A stretch of DNA of 64,000 bases from an uncultured Anaerolineales bacterium (GTDB lineage: Bacteria > Chloroflexota > Anaerolineae > Anaerolineales > UBA6663): assembly GCA_964608265.1 (NCBI GenBank), contig CAZSNP010000019.1, forward strand, positions 120 through 64,119, written 5' to 3'. Position 1 is the stretch's first letter. The number at the start of each line of letters is the position of its first letter. Below the pieces are notes generated by a model. The model searched no databases, was not told where the DNA came from, and saw only the letters and a program-made list of their open reading frames with translations. A program made the position numbers and the translations under genes. Shown here in pieces: positions 44,039 through 51,999 of this stretch.

Positions 44039-44311
44039 ATGCCGCGTTACCTAGTCGAGCAAACCTTTGCCGAGCAGTTGAACGTCCCGGCCAACGAGGC
44101 CGGCGCGCAATGGATACAGACCATCCTCGGCAACGACGCGCTCGACGGGGTGACGTGGCTTCACTCCTACGTCTCCGCTGACCGTCGGCGCATGTACTGC
44201 GTCTGCGATGCGCCCTCGCCGGAGGCCGTGCGTCGCGCTGCCCACCGGAACAGCCTGCCGGTGGACCGCATCACCGAGGTGCGCGTGCTCGATCCGTACT
44301 TCCTTCGCTGA
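44039..44311 (+). CDS. DUF4242-family small protein
   Basis: MPRYLVEQTF...WLHSYVSADRRRMYCVCDAPSPEAVRRAA pattern of DUF4242. Confidence 0.7.
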   Translation: MPRYLVEQTFAEQLNVPANEAGAQWIQTILGNDALDGVTWLHSYVSADRRRMYCVCDAPSPEAVRRAAHRNSLPVDRITEVRVLDPYFLR

Positions 44312-44360
44312 GCGATGCGACAAGAATTCGTTTAGCATTCCGGCGCACAACGAAGTGCTC

Positions 44361-44774
44361 ATGCTTGCCACCTCATCGCCCGCCCCCAAAGTCTGGCCCT
44401 GGTTGTTGACCGGGCTGCTCGCTCTGGCGTTGAGCGCCATCGCCCTCCTCAACATCAAAGTCGTCGCCGACGGTTATCTCAGCCACGCCGTCAACGTGCA
44501 ACTGAAGATCGCACGTTACAAGTGGCAGAGCGGCAACGTGAACGCGGCGACGCAGGTGCTATGGCGCACCCTCCCCAACGCCGTCGAGGCGGGGTGGCGT
44601 TGGCAGGTGGCGCGGGGTTACTTCCTGCTCGCGCGCAGTCACGCGCAACTTGCCAACCCGCTGCGCGCGACGGAGCTCTGTCAGGCCGGGCTGGCCACGC
44701 TGGGCTATGGCCGTTATGATCACACGCGCAACGGCACGAGCACGGCGGCGCGCCAGTGCGACGACTTCAAGTGA
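44361..44774 (+). CDS. hypothetical membrane-anchored protein
   Basis: 137 aa from ATG 44361. TM helix WPWLLTGLLALALSAIALL. Confidence 0.5.
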   Translation: MLATSSPAPKVWPWLLTGLLALALSAIALLNIKVVADGYLSHAVNVQLKIARYKWQSGNVNAATQVLWRTLPNAVEAGWRWQVARGYFLLARSHAQLANPLRATELCQAGLATLGYGRYDHTRNGTSTAARQCDDFK

Positions 44775-44826
44775 ACGAGTCGGCACGGCCAGGGAGATAG
44801 AGACTGGTCAACCCCTCAAAACAATA

Positions 44827-44848
44827 CCGGGTCGGTTTCGCGACCCGG
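44827..44848. terminator. hairpin between convergent genes (bidirectional terminator candidate)
   Basis: CCGGGTCG-GTTTCG-CGACCCGG. T-rich flanks on both strands (TATTGTTTTG on the minus strand). Confidence 0.6.
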
Positions 44849-44881
44849 TGTGCCTTCCCCGTTTTCCCTCTGTTCCCGTCC

Positions 44882-46363
44882 TTACCCCCCGCCCGCCGGG
44901 CCGCCCAGGCCACCCTCGGTCAGCTTGCGCAGGTCGCCGAGCACGGCATCCACATCCGCGAGGCTGATGGCCGCGCCGGTGTCTTTGTGCTTGAGATCAC
45001 CTTTGGCGATGCGTTCCGCGGCAGCTTCGCGGATGGTGATATTGCGCTTCATCGCGTCCTTCACCAGCTCGCCCGCGACCATGTAGCCGGTCAGCGGGTT
45101 GAGGGCCGTCGCCACAATCGCATTCTTGCCCAGCCAGCCCTCGGCCTTCTCGCGTTGCGCCGTCACACCCATGACACAGAACTTCGTAAACGCGCTCACC
45201 GCGCCGATCATCACCTGCATCGCCTCAAACAGGTTGTGGGCGATGATGGGCATCATCACGTTGAGTTCGAGCTGCCCGGCCTGCGCCGCCAGCGCCACGG
45301 TATGGTCGCAGCCCTGCACATGAAACATCGCCTGGTTCAACATCTCGGCCAGCACCGGGTTGACCTTGCCGGGCATGATCGAGGAGCCGGGCTGCACGGC
45401 GGGCAGGCGAATCTCATCCAGGCCGGTGGTCGGGCCGGAGGACAGCAGGCGGAAGTCGTTGGCGATGCGCGTCAGCGTGATCGCCGTCGTGCGGAGCGAG
45501 GCGGAGAAGTCGGCCGCATCGGCCAGGCTCTGCATCGACTCGAAGAGGTTGTCGGAGGTGTACAACTTGATGCCCGTCAACTCCTCGAGGCGCTTCACCA
45601 TGCGGGCGTGATACTCGGGATGGGCGTTGAGGCCGGTGCCGGTGGCCGTGCCGCCGATGCCGAGCCGCCGCAGTCCATCCGCCGCGCGAGCCACGCGTTC
45701 GCGGTCGCGCCGCACCGCCTTCGCGTACGCGCCGAACTCCTGACCGAGGCGCACCGGCACCGCATCCTGCAAATGCGTGCGGCCCGACTTGACGATGTCG
45801 TCGAACTCGGCCGCCTTCTTCTCCAGCTCGACGGCCAGCGTGTCGAGCGTGTGCAGTAACTCATCGAGCCGCCACAGCGCGCCGAGGCGGATGGCGGTGG
45901 GGATGGTGTCGTTGGTGGACTGGGCCATGTTGACGTGATCGTTCGGCCCGGCGATGTATTTGCCGCGCGTGCCGCCCAGCAACTCCGTGGCGCGGTTGGC
46001 GATGACCTCGTTGGTGTTCATGTTGTGGCTGGTGCCCGCGCCGGCCTGAAACGGGTCGACCACAAAGTGCCCGTCCCACTTGCCGTCGATCACTTCCTGC
46101 GCCGCCTGCACAATGGCCTCGACCAGTTGCGGCGCCGTGTATTTCTTGCCGTCCACCTCGCGGCCGGCGAACAGGCCCAACTCAGCGTTGACCTCGGCAG
46201 CGGCGCGCTTGAGGGTGGCCATGCTCCAGATGAAGGCCCGCCACGGGCGCAGGCCCGACACCGGGAAGTTGAGCACGGCGCGCTGAGTCTGTACGCCGTA
46301 GAGCGCGTCGGCGGGGACTTGAATTTCGCCGAGCGAGTCTTTTTCAGTGCGGAAGTTTGTCAT
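44882..46363 (-). CDS. class II fumarase/aspartase family lyase, aspartate ammonia-lyase-like
   Basis: Signature GSSIMPGKVNPV (Val after VNP as in AspA). QAGQLELNVMMP. Gly-rich C-terminal tail GGLGGPAGGG. Confidence 0.85.
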   Translation of the reverse strand: MTNFRTEKDSLGEIQVPADALYGVQTQRAVLNFPVSGLRPWRAFIWSMATLKRAAAEVNAELGLFAGREVDGKKYTAPQLVEAIVQAAQEVIDGKWDGHFVVDPFQAGAGTSHNMNTNEVIANRATELLGGTRGKYIAGPNDHVNMAQSTNDTIPTAIRLGALWRLDELLHTLDTLAVELEKKAAEFDDIVKSGRTHLQDAVPVRLGQEFGAYAKAVRRDRERVARAADGLRRLGIGGTATGTGLNAHPEYHARMVKRLEELTGIKLYTSDNLFESMQSLADAADFSASLRTTAITLTRIANDFRLLSSGPTTGLDEIRLPAVQPGSSIMPGKVNPVLAEMLNQAMFHVQGCDHTVALAAQAGQLELNVMMPIIAHNLFEAMQVMIGAVSAFTKFCVMGVTAQREKAEGWLGKNAIVATALNPLTGYMVAGELVKDAMKRNITIREAAAERIAKGDLKHKDTGAAISLADVDAVLGDLRKLTEGGLGGPAGGG

Positions 46364-46461
46364 GGGCGACCTCCCGGGCAAGGAATGAAAACAGGGAAAC
46401 GGTGGAAACAGACGTTGCCCTCATATCCCCGTTGCCATCATTTCCCGCTGTCATAAGGCAT

Positions 46462-46491
46462 GAAAAGGAGGAAGCCTGATGGACTTCCTCC
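46462..46491 (-). terminator. rho-independent terminator after the ferredoxin gene
   Basis: Minus strand GGAGGAAG-TCCATCAGG-CTTCCTCC followed by TTTTCA. Confidence 0.7.
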
Positions 46492-46514
46492 CGAAGTGAC
46501 CGCCGGGGCCGGGG

Positions 46515-46928
46515 CTACTTTGCTCCGTAGCCCGGGCCGCCTTGATAGAAATCGTAATTGGGCTGAATATCGGCCCGCAGATCCACGACCTCACCGCCCG
46601 CGAGTGTCAGGGTTGTTTCGAGCACGACCGGCCCGGTCTTGCTCTCACCCTCGTAATGCTCGGTGGCGCGTTCGGCAAAATTCGGGTCGCGCGGGGCGTT
46701 GAGCCGCTGGCCGGCCTTGGCCTCATGCGCGCCGGGCACCTCATCCTCGGGGAAGATGGCCTCGTACGGGCACTCGGGCACGCAGGCGCCACAGTCAATG
46801 CACGTCGCCGGATCAATATACATCCACGGCCACTCGTTCTCGGGCTTGCCGGGCACAATGCACTCCACCGGGCACACCTCGATACAACCGCCGTCGCGCA
46901 GGCACAAGCTGGTGATGATATGAGTCAT
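46515..46928 (-). CDS. 4Fe-4S ferredoxin-family protein with C-terminal extension
   Basis: CIEVCP and CIDCGACVPECP cluster motifs. Confidence 0.85.
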   Translation of the reverse strand: MTHIITSLCLRDGGCIEVCPVECIVPGKPENEWPWMYIDPATCIDCGACVPECPYEAIFPEDEVPGAHEAKAGQRLNAPRDPNFAERATEHYEGESKTGPVVLETTLTLAGGEVVDLRADIQPNYDFYQGGPGYGAK

Positions 46929-46962
46929 GGTTATCTCCGAAGATGGGTGGTGGGGTCAGGCG

Positions 46963-47577
46963 CTATTTGGTCGCCGCGGCATAAATTTCGGCGACGGCTT
47001 TCCAATTGACGACATTCCACCAGGCCTTGAGGTAGTCGGGCCGGCGGTTTTGATACTTGAGGTAGTAAGCGTGCTCCCACACATCGCAGCCCATGATGGG
47101 CGTGATGCCCTCCATCATGGGATTGTCCTGGTTGGCGGTCGAGGTGATGGCTAGCCTGCCGTCCTTGCCGAGCACCAGCCAGGCCCAACCGCTGCCGAAG
47201 CGCCCTACCCCGGCCGCCTCGAACTTCGCTTTGAATTCATCGAAGGAGCCAAAGGCGGCCCTGATGGCGTCGCCCAGCGCGCCGGTCGGCTCACCGCCCG
47301 CGTTCGGGGCCATCACATTCCAGAACAGCGTGTGATTGACGTGGCCGCCGCCGTTGTTGCGCACCACCGTGCGGATGCCCTCGGGCACGGCGTTGAGGTC
47401 TTTGATGAGCGCTTCCGCCGATTTGCCCTGCAGTTCGGGCGCGCTTTCGAGGGCTTTGTTGAGGTTGGTCACGTACGCATTGTGATGCTTGCCGTGGTGA
47501 ATCTGCATCGTTTGAGTATCGATGTGCGGCTCTAAGGCATCATGCGCATAAGGCAAAGCGGGCAGTTCGTGTGCCAT
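46963..47577 (-). CDS. Fe/Mn superoxide dismutase
   Basis: [32 protein letters not shown]... and DVWEHAYYL motifs. Confidence 0.95.
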   Translation of the reverse strand: MAHELPALPYAHDALEPHIDTQTMQIHHGKHHNAYVTNLNKALESAPELQGKSAEALIKDLNAVPEGIRTVVRNNGGGHVNHTLFWNVMAPNAGGEPTGALGDAIRAAFGSFDEFKAKFEAAGVGRFGSGWAWLVLGKDGRLAITSTANQDNPMMEGITPIMGCDVWEHAYYLKYQNRRPDYLKAWWNVVNWKAVAEIYAAATK

Positions 47578-47614
47578 TGAGGTCTCCCGTGGAGTCAGGA
47601 CTGAGGTTGACGCG

Positions 47615-47643
47615 ATTGTATGCTTGGCATATGCCTTTGTCAA
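47615..47643 (-). promoter_or_regulatory. SOD promoter with palindrome in the spacer
   Basis: Minus strand TTGACA (47638-47643), 17 nt, TACAAT (47615-47620). The perfect palindrome GGCATATGCC (47626-47635) sits in the spacer. Confidence 0.6.
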
Positions 47644-47880
47644 GCAAAATGGCCCTGGTGTGCATCGCATTTGGCTATCGTCACCATGCGGTCACGGTGC
47701 CGAGACCCGCGCGCCGTGGACGCCATCGTGTGCACGCACGAGTTGTCAGGCAAAGGCCGGCGCGGCCTTCGAGACCGCGCCAGTCTGCCCACCGGCCGAC
47801 AACCCTGGCGTGCACACGCCATCGCAATTTCGTCGTCAGCTAAGGTACAATCCCGCCACCCCAGTTTCCTGAGGAGCAGT

Positions 47881-48921
47881 ATGCGAATCGTCGTGGACGC
47901 CATGGGGAGTGATCACTTCCCCCGGCCGGATGTCGAAGGCGCGGTGATGGCCGCCCGCGAATACGGCACCGAGATCATCCTGACGGGGGATGAAGCGCGC
48001 CTCAAGCCGTTGCTGGCCGAGTACGATGCCGCCGGTCTGCCCATCACTGTCAGGCACGCGCCCGAACAATTGACGATGGAAGACAAGGGCATGGCGCTCG
48101 TCCTCAAGGCGAAACGCAAAACAACGCAGAACTCGATGGCGATCGGCATGGACGACGTCATCGCCGGGCGCGCCGACGCCTTTGTGACGATGGGCAACAC
48201 CGGCGCCGCCTCGGTCACCGCCTACTTTCGCATGGGCACCATCGCCGGGGTAGATCGGCCCGCGCTGGCCGCCCCCTTCCCCACCCGGGGCGGCATCTGT
48301 ATCGTCCTCGACGTGGGCGCCAATCCCGACTGCAAGCCGGAGAACCTGTTGCAATTTGCGATCATGGGCAGCATTTACGCCGAGCGGGTGCGCGGCACCG
48401 CCCGCCCGCGCGTCGGCCTGGTCTCGAACGGCGAGGAGGCGGGCAAGGGCAATCAACTCATCAAGGACGCCTATCCCCTGCTCAAGAACTCGGGCCTGAA
48501 CTTCGTCGGCAACATCGAGGGCAAAGAACTGCTGGGCGGCGAAGTGGAGGTGGCCGTGCTCGACGGCTTCACCGGCAACGTGCTGCTGAAATCGTCCGAG
48601 GCGGTGGCGAAGTTGATTCTGGAAACGGTACGCGAGCGGATTCAGACCGGGCCGTTGACGGCCAAACTCGGCGGCATGCTCGTGCGGCCCACGTTGCGCG
48701 GTGTGCGCAAGCTGCTCGACCCGAGCGAGGAAGGCGCCGCCCCGCTGCTCGGCATCAACGGGCTGGTCTTCATCGGGCATGGCCGCTCGGATGCGCTGGC
48801 GGTGAAGAACGCCGTCCGCGTCGCCCGCCAGGCCGCCGAGGCGCGCGTCATCGACGGCATCCGCACGGAGATCGCCCGCACGCTGACCGCGGCCCCCACT
48901 CCCCAAAAGGTGCCCGCGTGA
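47881..48921 (+). CDS. plsX: phosphate acyltransferase PlsX
   Basis: MRIVVDAMGSDH... canonical PlsX. GAGGAG RBS. TACAAT at 47846-47851. Confidence 0.95.
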   Translation: MRIVVDAMGSDHFPRPDVEGAVMAAREYGTEIILTGDEARLKPLLAEYDAAGLPITVRHAPEQLTMEDKGMALVLKAKRKTTQNSMAIGMDDVIAGRADAFVTMGNTGAASVTAYFRMGTIAGVDRPALAAPFPTRGGICIVLDVGANPDCKPENLLQFAIMGSIYAERVRGTARPRVGLVSNGEEAGKGNQLIKDAYPLLKNSGLNFVGNIEGKELLGGEVEVAVLDGFTGNVLLKSSEAVAKLILETVRERIQTGPLTAKLGGMLVRPTLRGVRKLLDPSEEGAAPLLGINGLVFIGHGRSDALAVKNAVRVARQAAEARVIDGIRTEIARTLTAAPTPQKVPA

Positions 48922-50192
48922 GTACAGCAGCCCATCTCAACGGGGGTGAACGCGCGCGCGTCGTCATCACCGGCCTGGGCGCGATCACCCCGCTCGGCCT
49001 GACGCGCGAGGAGACGTGGCAGGGTTTCCTCGCCGGGCGCTCGGGCATCACCCGCATCACCCAGTTCGATGCCGCTGAGCTGCCGTGCCAGATCGCGGGC
49101 GAGGTCAAAGGCTTTGAGCCACGCAGATATTTGGATGTGAAGGATGCGCGGCGCATGGCCCGCTGCTCGCAGATGGCGGTGGCTACCGCCCAGGAGGCCG
49201 TGACCGATGCCGGCTTCGGCGGCGGCTTCCCCGACCCCGAACGGGTGGGCACGCTGCTCGGGACGGCCATCGGCGGGGTGGATAAGACGGACGAGGGCAT
49301 CGCGACGTTGCGCACGTCAGGCCATTCACGCGTCAGCCCGTTCTCGGTGCCCGAGTCGGTGCCCAACATGCCGGCCCATCACGTCAGCAAAGCGCTGCGC
49401 GCGCTTGGCCCGCTCAACACGGTGGTGACGGCCTGCGCCAGCGGCACCCAGGCCGTCGGCGAGGCGGCCGAGGTGATCCGGCGCGGCCTGGCCGATGTTG
49501 TCCTGACCGGCGGCGTCGAGGCCTCCATCTCCGATATCACCATCGGCGGGTTCAGCGCCATGCGGGCGATGCCGACCAGTTTCAACGACCGGCCGGAGAA
49601 AGCCTCGCGCCCGTTCGATAAGGACCGCGAGGGCTTCATCTTCTCGGAGGGCTGTGCGATTCTGGTGGTCGAGGAACTGAGCCACGCGCTGGCGCGCGGC
49701 GCACACATCTACGCCGAGGTGCTCGGTTACGCTTCGTCTTCGGATGCCTATCACGTCGCCGCCCCCGATCCCACACATGCCGGCGCCATCCGCGCCATGC
49801 GCTGGGCCTTGCGTTACGCCGGTGTCACCGCCGACGAGGTGGACTACATCAACGCGCACGGCAGCTCGACGCCGATCAACGACCCCGGTGAAACCGCCGC
49901 CATCAAGCATGTCTTTGGCGAGCGGGCGTACAACATCCCGATCAGCTCGACCAAAAGCATGATCGGCCACCCGATGGGCGCGGCCGGCGCGATCGAGGGG
50001 ATGGCCTGCGCGCTTAGCCTGCACACCGGCATGCTGCACCCGACAATCAATTACGAAACGCCCGACCCGGCCTGTGACCTCGATTACGTGCCCAACACGG
50101 CGCGGCCGGCCACACTCCGCACCACGCTGTCCAACTCGTTTGGCCTGGGCGGTCAGAATGCGTGTCTTGTTTTGAGGAAGTTTGAATCCTAG
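48918..50192 (+). CDS. fabF: beta-ketoacyl-ACP synthase II
   Basis: Active-site ACASG, HGSSTP and GH..GAAG motifs. Overlaps the plsX stop. Confidence 0.95.
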   Translation: MSTAAHLNGGERARVVITGLGAITPLGLTREETWQGFLAGRSGITRITQFDAAELPCQIAGEVKGFEPRRYLDVKDARRMARCSQMAVATAQEAVTDAGFGGGFPDPERVGTLLGTAIGGVDKTDEGIATLRTSGHSRVSPFSVPESVPNMPAHHVSKALRALGPLNTVVTACASGTQAVGEAAEVIRRGLADVVLTGGVEASISDITIGGFSAMRAMPTSFNDRPEKASRPFDKDREGFIFSEGCAILVVEELSHALARGAHIYAEVLGYASSSDAYHVAAPDPTHAGAIRAMRWALRYAGVTADEVDYINAHGSSTPINDPGETAAIKHVFGERAYNIPISSTKSMIGHPMGAAGAIEGMACALSLHTGMLHPTINYETPDPACDLDYVPNTARPATLRTTLSNSFGLGGQNACLVLRKFES

Positions 50193-50317
50193 TTCAGTGT
50201 GTCAACGATCACGGGCCACGTGTCACGTGTGCGCTCTCAGTGGCAACGCGCTGGCCAGGCGGAGAATACGTGACACCTGATACTTGATCCTTGACACTTG
50301 TCACCCGTCACCTTCAA

Positions 50318-51040
50318 ATGCGCATCGTCACCGACACCAAACTCGTCAATCGCAACGTCACCATCGCGCGCTATGCGTCGCTGGGCGGCATCGGCCTGAT
50401 CATCGCCGCGTTGTTCATCAACCTGTACGCCATCTCCCGACCGATGGAGGAGCAGCCACAGTTATTGATCTATGTTGTGGGCGCGTTCGTCCTCGGCTAT
50501 TTGCTCAGCAACCTGGGCGGGTCGCTCAACTTTCGCTGGGGCCGCCGCCCCGATCGCGGGCTGAGTGATGCGCTGCGCGGCCTCGATGACCGGCATACGC
50601 TGTACAACCACCGGCTCGGGGCCAATCATGTCCTGGTCGCGCCCAACGGGGTGTTTGTCTTTGTGCCGAAGTATCAGGGCGGGCCGGTGGTCTTCGAGGC
50701 CGGCAAGTGGAAGAACCCCGGCGAACGGCGCGGGCTGTTCAGCTTTTTCGCGCCGCGCGATATCCTCGGCAACCCCGCCGCCGAGGCGACCGGCGAGGCC
50801 GAGGCGTTCAAATCCTTCCTCAAGAAGCAGACCCCCGAGGCCGAGGTCGACCCGAAACCCATCGTCGTCTTCATGAACTCGCGCGCCGAGGTGCAGGCCA
50901 GGGATGCGCCGGTGACGGCGCTGCATGTGAAGCAGCTCAAGGATTACGTCCGGCGCCAGACCAGGGGCGCCACCCTGCCCGCCTCGGCCCTGGCCGCTAT
51001 CGAGGAGAAGCTCGGCATCGCCGAACCTCAACCGGGCTAA
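50318..51040 (+). CDS. membrane protein with NERD-like (nuclease-related) domain
   Basis: Two N-terminal TM helices, then ALRGLDDRHTLYNHRLGANHVLVAPNGVFVFVPK...NPAAE...PIVVFMN, a NERD pattern. Confidence 0.6.
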   Translation: MRIVTDTKLVNRNVTIARYASLGGIGLIIAALFINLYAISRPMEEQPQLLIYVVGAFVLGYLLSNLGGSLNFRWGRRPDRGLSDALRGLDDRHTLYNHRLGANHVLVAPNGVFVFVPKYQGGPVVFEAGKWKNPGERRGLFSFFAPRDILGNPAAEATGEAEAFKSFLKKQTPEAEVDPKPIVVFMNSRAEVQARDAPVTALHVKQLKDYVRRQTRGATLPASALAAIEEKLGIAEPQPG

Positions 51041-51045
51041 CCGGT

Positions 51046-51071
51046 GAGGAGGTGACATCCACGTCACCTTC
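51046..51071 (+). promoter_or_regulatory. SD-sequestering hairpin in front of the methyltransferase gene
   Basis: GGAGGTGAC (51048-51056), loop ATCCAC, GTCACCTTC (51063-71). 9 bp including one G-U. ATG at 51076. Confidence 0.5.
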
Positions 51072-51075
51072 GCCA

Positions 51076-51801
51076 ATGGAACCGAGTGAATACGACAACA
51101 TCGCCCGGCTGGAGGCCGCCCACTGGTGGTACGCCGGGATGCGGGCGATCGCGCGGTCGGTGCTGAGCGGGTTGCGCCTGCCGCCGCACGCGCGCGTGCT
51201 GGATGCGGGCTGCGGCGTGGGCGGTGGATTGCGGTGGCTGCGCGACTTCGGCGCGCCGCTTGGGGTGGATGTGCACCCGCGCGCCGTGGCCTATGCGGCC
51301 CGCGTCGCGCCGCAAGTGGCCCGCGCCTCCGTCGCCGCCCTTCCCTTTCCGCTTCACTCGTTCGATCTGGTCACTTCCTTTGAAGTGCTCTATCACCTGG
51401 CGGTGCGCGACGATGTGGCCGCGCTGCGCGAGTGCGCGCGGGTGTTGCGGCCCGGCGGCTGGCTATTGCTGCGGGTGCCCGCCCACGATTGGCTGCGCGG
51501 CGCGCATGACCGGCAGGTGCATACGCGCCATCGTTACGCAAAGAATGAATTGAGGCAGAAACTCGAACGGGCCGGTTTGCGCCCCGCGCGGCTGACGTAT
51601 TGCGGCGCGCTGCTCTTGCCTGCGGCGATGTTGCGCCGGCTGACGCAACGGGCTGACGCCGCGCACACCGACGTCACCCTGCCGCCGCCGTTCGTGAACC
51701 GCGCGCTCACCGCGCTGCTTTCGGCGGAGGCCCGCTGGCTGAAATCGGCGGAGGCGCCGTTTGGGCTGAGCGTTCTGGCGCTGGCGCAGAAGCCGGGTTA
51801 G
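51076..51801 (+). CDS. class I SAM-dependent methyltransferase
   Basis: HWWYAGMR... N-terminus. SAM motif VLDAGCGVGGG. LRPGGWLLL. Confidence 0.8.
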   Translation: MEPSEYDNIARLEAAHWWYAGMRAIARSVLSGLRLPPHARVLDAGCGVGGGLRWLRDFGAPLGVDVHPRAVAYAARVAPQVARASVAALPFPLHSFDLVTSFEVLYHLAVRDDVAALRECARVLRPGGWLLLRVPAHDWLRGAHDRQVHTRHRYAKNELRQKLERAGLRPARLTYCGALLLPAAMLRRLTQRADAAHTDVTLPPPFVNRALTALLSAEARWLKSAEAPFGLSVLALAQKPG

Positions 51802-51892
51802 GCGTCGCTGGCCGGTGAGGTGCAGGCCGAACAGGCGCTCTTACGGTATCGCGCGCCGGCCCGGTCTTCAGTGAGATACCGCTACCGCCCGC

Positions 51893-51919
51893 CGGGACAA
51901 TAGCCGGCATCCCGTTTTT
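51893..51919 (+). terminator. weak terminator candidate after the methyltransferase
   Basis: CGGGA-12 nt-TCCCG followed by TTTTT. Confidence 0.4.
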
Positions 51920-51943
51920 CGATTTGCAATCGCCCGACAACGA

Positions 51944-51975
51944 AACGGCGGAAGGACTCGCCTCCTTCCGCCGTT
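51944..51975. terminator. 13-bp perfect hairpin between convergent genes
   Basis: AACGGCGGAAGGA-CTCGCC-TCCTTCCGCCGTT. No clean T tract on either side. Confidence 0.5.
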
Positions 51976-51999
51976 CGATCTCAGTCTGCAGTCATCGCC

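Noticed and set aside
47644-47880. Expected rpmF (ribosomal protein L32) or yceD-like gene upstream of plsX.
   Set aside because: None of the three forward frames gives an L32-like basic peptide with a CxxC pair. The region appears non-coding.
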